From: a virus
Lineage: Duplodnaviria; Caudoviricetes
Virus record (IMG/VR): IMGVR_UViG_3300033070_001454
Location: 2,074-66,073 of that record
Reading direction: 5' to 3' (one strand)
DNA length: 64,000 nt
Shown piece by piece: positions 28,290 through 35,027 of this stretch (position 1 is its first letter; the number at the start of each line of letters is the position of its first letter). Both the position numbers and the translations under genes were made by a program. Below the pieces are notes generated by a model. It was given only the letters and a program-made list of their open reading frames with translations, did not search any database and was not told the DNA's origin.

Positions 28290-30244
28290 TCAAACTCAAG
28301 TACATCGGCCAAGACGATTGGAGCCAGGACCTTTATCAGGGCCCAGATCGAAAGAAGTATGTGTATGTCGATGGATCGATTTACACGATGACCAAGGAAG
28401 GAGAGCCATTGGCCAAGGTGAATTTCGAATACGAGCTCGAAAGGCCAAAGAACGAATCGAACGACGAAAGCACAGCGATCCAAGCCCAGATTATAAGCAT
28501 CATCTGTGGTACCTTCGAGCGAGATGGCTCGATCAAATCCTGGAAACGGAAGGAGAAGGATCCGATGGCTATGCCAGAGTTCGAAGTCTGTGAGGAATAT
28601 GACTTTGATTCGGTCATCATAAGGGCCACCAAGAGATTCAGCGTCAAAGGCGATCGGCTCATTGAAGATCTCCTCGAAAGGATCGGCAAGGGCGAAGTGA
28701 CAATCACCGAGGCGGCTGAACGCATCATCGAATCCGATGTCATCACGCCGCCAATGATCGCAGTCGATCCGCCAGAAGCCTTTGGAATCGATCGCAAAAC
28801 ATTGGGCTCTCGGTTCACAAATGGAGAGTTGAACGAATCCTCAGCTCCACACTTCGCGGCCAGGCTAGAGGCCTTCCTCGATGCCCCATGGCAGGAGGAC
28901 CAGGAGATCTACTTCGTGAGCGATCTCAGGGCCGCTTTACAGAAGGCTGGCATCAACGACCTCGGAGCCGCTCATCCAGACAAGGCAAAGGCCGTCGTCA
29001 GGAACATGAACAGCGGGATCGCTGGCATCAGGCTCCAATTCATGGGCGACCGATTCCTTGACTCTCTGACATCGATCTGTGAGTCCAATGGACACCTCCA
29101 ACCGGTCAGCGACGACATCATCACTGCCGCGATCGAGATCGACCTCAAGCCGAATCTCTTCGTCCACACCATCAAGCAAGACGGCGTGCACGTCGAGTTT
29201 GGAGCCAACGTCAAGATGTCAACCATCGAGGAATTGGCCGAAGAGCTCAGGAAGATGGGACGTGATGTGAAAGCGACTCGTGGACAAGCCAGCATCGTGG
29301 TGAACGAATCTCTCTTGGCTGAGGGTACGACAGAGGAGCTTACCGCAAAGCTGATAGACGCTGGCTTGCCATCTGACGCTTTCAGTATCGTTTACGCTCC
29401 TGATTCTCGAAAGTTCGCTGCGATCGTCCAAGATGGCCACAGGAGAGAGGCCGAACAGGCTCTGACTAAAGCGAAGATCAGGTACACCCAAAAGGCTCGA
29501 GGCCGCTTCGTGCTCAACGAATCCTCCAATGAGATGACCGATGATCAGATCATCCGTTGGATCAAGGACCTCGACATGCCGAAGCAGAAGACAGACCGCG
29601 TCATCGGACATGCGTTGGAATACCACCCGAAACCGAAAGGGCCGAGCGAATTGAAGGAGATCGTCGACGATGTGCTCGCGAAGATGGGCGAGAAACAGTT
29701 CAACGAATCGCTGATCACCGAAGCTGCATCCGGCGCCACCTGCATGGTCTACTGCGAGCAGTGGAGAATGGAGACTGACCAGATGACGGTTCAATCACCC
29801 TCTGGAAAGGAGGTCAGGTTCAACCCGAACTTCGCCCATAGGGGTCCAAACTCGGACCTCGTTGGTGGGGTCAAGGGTCGTTATTGGAACGCGTACCATG
29901 CCCACAAGAACTCCGGAGGCTCGACTGTCAATCGCAAGGATTGTGTCCTTCCACTCTGGCTCACGCGTGAGGAGATGGAAGCGTGCAAGGCCGAGGCAGC
30001 TAGGCAAGGCAAACCGATCAGGGAATCGCTCATCAACATCCCATCGTTCGAGGTCTTCGAAGCCAGGGTTCTGATGCCTAACGCTAGCCCCGAGACTTTG
30101 GCCAGAGACACCGAGGAGAGTGACCAGAAGTACATCAAGCAGAGGCAGAAGCGGGACGCGAAGGCGAACGAGCTATTCGGCAAGAAGTACAGCGAGCTCA
30201 CTCCGATCCAAAGGAGCAAAATCAAATCTCTCCTCAGCAAATGA
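28286..30244 (+). CDS. Putative capsid-internal polyprotein
   Basis: ATG 28286 overlaps the upstream TGA; x-N-E-S-type motifs every ~60-130 aa. Confidence 0.7.
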   Translation: MIKLKYIGQDDWSQDLYQGPDRKKYVYVDGSIYTMTKEGEPLAKVNFEYELERPKNESNDESTAIQAQIISIICGTFERDGSIKSWKRKEKDPMAMPEFEVCEEYDFDSVIIRATKRFSVKGDRLIEDLLERIGKGEVTITEAAERIIESDVITPPMIAVDPPEAFGIDRKTLGSRFTNGELNESSAPHFAARLEAFLDAPWQEDQEIYFVSDLRAALQKAGINDLGAAHPDKAKAVVRNMNSGIAGIRLQFMGDRFLDSLTSICESNGHLQPVSDDIITAAIEIDLKPNLFVHTIKQDGVHVEFGANVKMSTIEELAEELRKMGRDVKATRGQASIVVNESLLAEGTTEELTAKLIDAGLPSDAFSIVYAPDSRKFAAIVQDGHRREAEQALTKAKIRYTQKARGRFVLNESSNEMTDDQIIRWIKDLDMPKQKTDRVIGHALEYHPKPKGPSELKEIVDDVLAKMGEKQFNESLITEAASGATCMVYCEQWRMETDQMTVQSPSGKEVRFNPNFAHRGPNSDLVGGVKGRYWNAYHAHKNSGGSTVNRKDCVLPLWLTREEMEACKAEAARQGKPIRESLINIPSFEVFEARVLMPNASPETLARDTEESDQKYIKQRQKRDAKANELFGKKYSELTPIQRSKIKSLLSK

Positions 30245-30309
30245 TCAACCTGCCAGAATTCGACGAGTTCGATCGCCTCGTCGAGAACCAGAAGTACTAC
30301 TGGAAATGA
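30241..30309 (+). CDS. 22-aa micro-ORF (MINLPEFDEFDRLVENQKYYWK)
   Basis: ATGA overlap with the upstream gene; sequence matches the capsid-targeting-like motif. Confidence 0.5.
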   Translation: MINLPEFDEFDRLVENQKYYWK

Positions 30310-30326
30310 TCAGTCCGTGAGGGCCT

Positions 30327-30334
30327 GATAGATA
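30327..30334 (+). promoter_or_regulatory. Putative late promoter (GATAGATA)
   Basis: Intergenic, upstream of the tail tube gene. Confidence 0.65.
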
Positions 30335-30386
30335 CCATCGCCAGCCACATCGAGGCTAGCCTAAGAAGAAACAAACCAACGCCACA

Positions 30387-30941
30387 GTGCCAGGGTTACC
30401 CCACTTCCTTAACAATCGGGCAGCTTCGAAGCTGTTCGAGCCGGTCTACCAGAACAACTTCGAGGTGACCATCATCCCGCCCAGCTCTGTTGCAGGTGGG
30501 GAGATCCTCTTGGAGCACGTCAACAAGATCGGCGGCCTCGATTCCGACAAGGGCTCGGCCCCTGTCGATCAGAAGTACAAGTTCGCCAAGCGTTCGTACG
30601 CCAGCGGCGAACCGACCGACACGGTCACCGACCTGACGATCGACTTCTCGTTGAACTTGAACAACAACAACGAGATGTACGTCTACAAGACGCTTCGCGA
30701 CTGGTCCAGGCTGATCTACGATCCGCTGTCCGGTAGGCAGGGCCTCAAGAAGGACTACGTCGGCACGATCATCGTACAGAACTACACCCGTGACGGGCAG
30801 ATCTTCTGGCAGAGGACCTTCCACGACTGCTTCATCACTGGCAACATCCCAGCGCTCGATCTCACCTACGAAGGCGGCGCGGTGCTGGAACTCCCAGGCG
30901 TAGCGTTCCGATGTGACTGGTTTGAAGAAGCTATGCTCTGA
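30387..30941 (+). CDS. gp19: Tail tube protein (gp19-like)
   Basis: 184 aa; EPVYQNNFEV, LRDW..LIYDPLSG.QGLKKDY.G.IIV, F..CF; GTG start. Confidence 0.85.
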   Translation: MPGLPHFLNNRAASKLFEPVYQNNFEVTIIPPSSVAGGEILLEHVNKIGGLDSDKGSAPVDQKYKFAKRSYASGEPTDTVTDLTIDFSLNLNNNNEMYVYKTLRDWSRLIYDPLSGRQGLKKDYVGTIIVQNYTRDGQIFWQRTFHDCFITGNIPALDLTYEGGAVLELPGVAFRCDWFEEAML

Positions 30942-30983
30942 TAGATCAATGGTTTAACTAATCACAGTTAAACTAATTTAGAT

Positions 30984-31011
30984 TCCAAGCTCCCAGCAAT
31001 GGGAGCTTGGA
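30984..31011. promoter_or_regulatory. Perfect 12-bp stem-loop with GCAA tetraloop
   Basis: TCCAAGCTCCCA-GCAA-TGGGAGCTTGGA; no U-tract on either side. Confidence 0.7.
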
Positions 31012-31025
31012 GCATAAAGACGGCT

Positions 31026-31820
31026 ATGAATCGAGTGCACATTAGCCCAACGGAATCGATCTATTGCGTCTACTTTCATCTCAAGAAGAATTCCGACGAA
31101 GTGTTCTACGTTGGAATTGGGACTCTTTCCAGAGCCAAGGATCTAACAGGAAGATCCAAATTTTGGAAACACGTCTATGAGAAACACGGGTGTGACATTC
31201 AGATCAAACACGAAGGTCTCACCTGGATTGAAGCATGTGATCTTGAAAGGATTTACATCGCAGAATTTGGAAGGCGTGATATTCAAACTGGTACATTAGT
31301 TAACCACACTGATGGTGGTGAAGGAAACTATGGCTGGGTGCCGACCGATGAACACAAGATCAAACTCTCTGAAGCGAACAAGGCCAACCCAAAGCTGATC
31401 GCCTCGCTCACCGGCCGCAAGCTTACCGACGAGCACAAGGCCAACATCGGCAAGGGCCAACTCGGGATCCCAACCTCAGACGAGACCAAGGCCAAACAGT
31501 CAGCGGCTTTGATGGGCCGCAAGTTCGACGATGGACGCGGAGACAAGATCGCTGCCAGACTCAGGGCCTACAACTCCAAACGCCGAGTCGATAAGCTCTT
31601 CGCCAACCTCCAGGGCCTCGGGCTCCAGGCCACGATCGACGTGCTGCTCAAGCACCTCGAGGAGTGGTCCAAGAAGGGCCTATTCGAGAGCGTCGATGCG
31701 GTCCTCGAAGATCCAAGGCTCTTCGACCTCTCTGGGCGTTTGGGCTTCGCGGTCATCACCCCACTCGAGCAACTCTTCGTCGAGAAGGCCATGCGGGACG
31801 AGGTGACCATTGGCGCATAG
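31026..31820 (+). CDS. GIY-YIG/NUMOD3 homing endonuclease with an unrelated C-terminal extension
   Basis: CVYFH...FYVGIG..SRA, GRRDIQTGTLVNHTDGGEG, NUMOD3-like repeats, then ~70 aa of helical sequence. Confidence 0.8.
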   Translation: MNRVHISPTESIYCVYFHLKKNSDEVFYVGIGTLSRAKDLTGRSKFWKHVYEKHGCDIQIKHEGLTWIEACDLERIYIAEFGRRDIQTGTLVNHTDGGEGNYGWVPTDEHKIKLSEANKANPKLIASLTGRKLTDEHKANIGKGQLGIPTSDETKAKQSAALMGRKFDDGRGDKIAARLRAYNSKRRVDKLFANLQGLGLQATIDVLLKHLEEWSKKGLFESVDAVLEDPRLFDLSGRLGFAVITPLEQLFVEKAMRDEVTIGA

Positions 31821-31866
31821 GACATCGCATGGAAGAGAACCTCAATCATTCGCTATTCTCCGATCG

Positions 31867-32136
31867 ATGAGCTCAGTAGACCTATGGACCGCCATCGGTC
31901 TCTTCTTCCTCTACATCGTAGTTGATGTCATGTACGCGTTCTACACGCTAGCTGTCACGGATCTCAAGCCGTGGCGTTCGGCCACGATCGGTGCATTGAT
32001 GTACGTGCTCCTGGCAGCTGGAGTCATCAGTTACTCGTCTAACCCATGGTACCTGATCCCTATCGGGATGGGATCGTGGATCGGAACGTACATAGCCGTC
32101 TCGATCGAGAAGAAACGAAAAGCCAAGAACCCATGA
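31867..32136 (+). CDS. Small multi-pass membrane protein
   Basis: Three to four hydrophobic segments; start uncertain (31810 possible). Confidence 0.6.
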   Translation: MSSVDLWTAIGLFFLYIVVDVMYAFYTLAVTDLKPWRSATIGALMYVLLAAGVISYSSNPWYLIPIGMGSWIGTYIAVSIEKKRKAKNP

Positions 32137-32381
32137 ACACATACGTCCTCGTCAGCCGGAAGGACCGGATGAAGTGTCCGGTCTGTGGAGATCTTCGGAT
32201 CGGAAGGAAGAAGGCTCCGGCCAGGTACCGAGGCAAGATGAAGTACAACGAGGCCAAGGGCAAGATGGTCTGTGACGTGTGCGATTTCGAATTCGCCTTC
32301 AGTGAGCTCAAGCCCAAGAAGGAGTTCTTCCAAGCGGTCGCTGCGATGGATTTGGTCGCTGACCTGCCTCGTCGGAAATGA
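32133..32381 (+). CDS. Zinc-ribbon protein
   Basis: CPVC...CDVC; ATGA overlap. Confidence 0.6.
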   Translation: MNTYVLVSRKDRMKCPVCGDLRIGRKKAPARYRGKMKYNEAKGKMVCDVCDFEFAFSELKPKKEFFQAVAAMDLVADLPRRK

Positions 32382-32383
32382 GT

Positions 32384-32391
32384 TATCTTTG
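32384..32391 (+). promoter_or_regulatory. Bacteroidota-type -7 element (TATCTTTG followed by CA)
   Basis: TAnnTTTG-CA, in tandem with a late motif 7 nt downstream. Confidence 0.7.
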
Positions 32392-32398
32392 CACTCCA

Positions 32399-32406
32399 AA
32401 TAGATA
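32399..32406 (+). promoter_or_regulatory. Putative late promoter (AATAGATA)
   Basis: 6 nt before ATG 32413. Confidence 0.7.
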
Positions 32407-32412
32407 GGGCCC

Positions 32413-32871
32413 ATGAAGAACATCCCATCCTACGAAGAGTTCCAGCCAATCAACGAACACGCAGGTGGCGCCACATGGGAGAACCATGACAATGGATTCG
32501 TGCGACTCAGGCTGTGCGCATCCTCCGCTAGCAGGGTCATCGAGAAATACGGCCTCAAACCCACCGATCCGACCAAGAGCCTTGGCAACTCCTACGGCAA
32601 GACATACGATGAGGTCTATTTCGAAGGCCAGTCCGATGTCTCGGTTGCTATTCTGAGCGGCGCGGCATACGTGATCTGTCCGCCTAGCAAGGTGAAGGAG
32701 ATCGATCGCATGGACCTGATCACCGTTCCGAATGGCCTATACACCGTTTCGCGTGCCATCATGGACTATGAAGCGGAGAAGTCTCCATCTTTCAAGAGGA
32801 AGCTTCCAGAGCTTTATGCGCTCCTGAGAGGAAGGGGACAAGACGCTGACGCCTCGAAGTACAACTACTGA
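32413..32871 (+). CDS. Putative capsid-internal protein
   Basis: Begins MKNIPSYEEFQPINE (T4 capsid-targeting-like). Confidence 0.7.
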   Translation: MKNIPSYEEFQPINEHAGGATWENHDNGFVRLRLCASSASRVIEKYGLKPTDPTKSLGNSYGKTYDEVYFEGQSDVSVAILSGAAYVICPPSKVKEIDRMDLITVPNGLYTVSRAIMDYEAEKSPSFKRKLPELYALLRGRGQDADASKYNY

Positions 32872-32874
32872 TCC

Positions 32875-33072
32875 ATGGGCCGCACTGATTCGATCCTGCT
32901 CGGCATCACCGCGATCTCGGCCATCGTCATCCTTGCGGCCTTCGCTGTCAACTCGGATGATCTTCCAGACAGGCGAGCGATCGAGCTCGCTATGTACGCG
33001 GCCGCAGACGCCGAGGAGTACGAATTGGCCGCGAAGCTGCGCGACGAAATACGACACATAGATAGAGCATGA
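32875..33072 (+). CDS. Small membrane-anchored protein with UVR (UvrB/UvrC) motif
   Basis: Hydrophobic N-terminus; AAADAEEYELAAKLRDEI. Confidence 0.6.
   Translation: MGRTDSILLGITAISAIVILAAFAVNSDDLPDRRAIELAMYAAADAEEYELAAKLRDEIRHIDRA
33057..33064 (+). promoter_or_regulatory. Putative late promoter (CATAGATA)
   Basis: 4 nt before ATG 33069. Confidence 0.6.
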
Positions 33073-33350
33073 ACCAATGGAAGATCCTACTCAGCTTCAT
33101 GCCGGATGGTGGTGCTGGTCTTTATCGTGAGATCCCAGAAGAGCTCCAGAAATTCGTCGAACCGTTCCTCAAGACGATAGCGAAGGGCGCCGAAGAGAAA
33201 GCGGCCGTCAAACGCGTGATCAAGAGCACTGGACCTAGCTCGAGGTACAGCTATCCAGTCACCATCAAGGGAAAGAGGAGCCCATGCAGGTCTACTCTGC
33301 CAATGGAGTTTATCGGACCGGCAGCTTCACGAGCTACAGTTCTTTCGTAG
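33069..33350 (+). CDS. Hypothetical protein; possibly the N-terminal part of a frameshift fusion with 33284-34864
   Basis: Overlaps the next ORF in the -1 frame across GGGAAAG. Confidence 0.55.
   Translation: MNQWKILLSFMPDGGAGLYREIPEELQKFVEPFLKTIAKGAEEKAAVKRVIKSTGPSSRYSYPVTIKGKRSPCRSTLPMEFIGPAASRATVLS
33269..33275 (+). other. Candidate -1 slippery heptamer G-GGA-AAG
   Basis: X-XXY-YYZ in the correct phase; the -1 frame reads GGG AAA GAG GAG CCC ATG into the 33284 ORF. Confidence 0.5.
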
Positions 33351-34864
33351 AGGAGACGTACAACGCCCTCATAGAGGACCTCAAAAATATGGGTTCGATG
33401 AATGAATCAGCCGAACCCAAGAACAGAATGAACCACCTACCCACATACGACGACTTCCGCCTCTTCGAGAACGCCGGTCCTTTGGCATCCGCGTTCAAGA
33501 AGGTTGGATTCGAGGAGATGACCAAATCCGACCAGGAAGGGTTCGGCGGAGTCCAGGACGGTGGCCTCATGTACACCGGCGATGATTTCATCGTCCTCTA
33601 TGGATTGGGAGATGGCTCTAAGCCGATCGTCTCGGTCATGTACGGAGACGGCGTCGATGACCAGATCGAGGCCCACATCCTCAACCAGGCCGAACAGAAG
33701 GCCTTCGTCGCCAAGCTCGAATCTTTCTCCAAGGAGATGGATCGGCTCTGTGCCTTAGGAGCCGGAACCGAGAAGTCGGAAGGCATCAAGTCGTGGCTCC
33801 GGAAGTTCGGCTTCCAGGTCATCTCTGGCTCAGTGGCCGAATCAGTCGACAGCAGCCTCGAGTGGAAGGATGTGAAGATGGGAGACAAGCTGGAGATCGA
33901 GTGGGAAGGCCCATCGAACGTGATTGTCTCGAACGTCCATGGAAAGACGATCACGCTCAGGCGCCTCGGCAAGGATGGCAAGCCCAACATGAGCAAGGAC
34001 ATCCACTATTGGCTGGAGTTCGACGTCGACGAGAAGGGCTATGAATTGCCACTCATCAACAGGCGTGTGAACGAATCAGAGATCAACGAGGCAAGCAAAT
34101 ACTCGAAGTTCGGTCTCAACGAGTCGACCGACACCAACTACGTGATGCAGCTTGTGAGCAAGCTGTCATCGATCATGGATCGGCCGACTAACGCCTTCTC
34201 GAAGTTCGTCCAGAAGCCAGATGGCCGAATCGACTACGATCTCTGCATCTATGGTCACCAGATCAACCTGCCGAAGAAGAAGTTCGTCATCAGTGTGACC
34301 ATGCACCCTTACGCTGGCAAGAACAGCAAGGATGATCCTACCGACCACACGATCAACTACTACGCCGAGATCGATTTCGATGAGAATTTCAAGATGATCG
34401 GCGGCCTGATGGACAGGTACGGCGAAAAGCTCATCAAGGTCAATGGATCAGGAAAGGGACTCCGTGAGCTGAAACATGTCGTCGAGGCCCACTATCAGAC
34501 CGTGAAATCTCAAACGAACAATCACCTTTCTGGTTCCGAGCCAACCAACTACTACATCAACGGTTGGTGTCCGGTGGAAGCCGATTCCATCGAGCAGGAC
34601 GAGGATGGCACAATCAAATACGCGATGAAGCAGCTAGGTGTCAGGAAACCTACCGATCTGGTCTATGCAAGCGATGTTGACGGCGATGATGAACCCTATG
34701 GAAAGGTCATGAAGGCGATTCTCGCCACAGGCAAGGTGACGAAGACAATGAAGGATCCTGGCTTTGTGAAGGTCGAGATGAGATTCTTCAATGGATACGA
34801 CACTCTCGTCGTCTACGATTACGGCGCGAACTCAGCTTTTGCTCGTAAGAAAGATGTGAAGTGA
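33284..34864 (+). CDS. Putative capsid-internal polyprotein
   Basis: MNES, VAES, VNES, INEA and LNES junctions; internal MNHLPTYDDFRLFEN. Confidence 0.7.
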   Translation: MQVYSANGVYRTGSFTSYSSFVEETYNALIEDLKNMGSMNESAEPKNRMNHLPTYDDFRLFENAGPLASAFKKVGFEEMTKSDQEGFGGVQDGGLMYTGDDFIVLYGLGDGSKPIVSVMYGDGVDDQIEAHILNQAEQKAFVAKLESFSKEMDRLCALGAGTEKSEGIKSWLRKFGFQVISGSVAESVDSSLEWKDVKMGDKLEIEWEGPSNVIVSNVHGKTITLRRLGKDGKPNMSKDIHYWLEFDVDEKGYELPLINRRVNESEINEASKYSKFGLNESTDTNYVMQLVSKLSSIMDRPTNAFSKFVQKPDGRIDYDLCIYGHQINLPKKKFVISVTMHPYAGKNSKDDPTDHTINYYAEIDFDENFKMIGGLMDRYGEKLIKVNGSGKGLRELKHVVEAHYQTVKSQTNNHLSGSEPTNYYINGWCPVEADSIEQDEDGTIKYAMKQLGVRKPTDLVYASDVDGDDEPYGKVMKAILATGKVTKTMKDPGFVKVEMRFFNGYDTLVVYDYGANSAFARKKDVK

Positions 34865-34885
34865 TAGAACCCCATCCCCTACATA

Positions 34886-34938
34886 CACCGCTGGCGGGCT
34901 CATGAGAGTGGGCCCTTTGGCTTTTGCCGCTAGCAGTG
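34886..34938 (+). other. Predicted branched RNA structure in an intergenic region
   Basis: CACCGCTGGCGG pairs with CCGCTAGCAGTG (12 positions, 1 mismatch, 1 G-U) and encloses a GCTCA/TGGGC helix. Confidence 0.4.
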
Positions 34939-35011
34939 CATATTGGCTCCACCTCCGTTCCAACGCTGCCAACAAAGATGTTGACACTGAGCCCGGATTC
35001 AACTGTTTGTT

Positions 35012-35019
35012 TAGATTTG
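35012..35019 (+). promoter_or_regulatory. Bacteroidota-type -7 element (TAGATTTG)
   Basis: 8 nt before the topoisomerase ATG at 35028. Confidence 0.65.
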
Positions 35020-35027
35020 CTGCCCCA

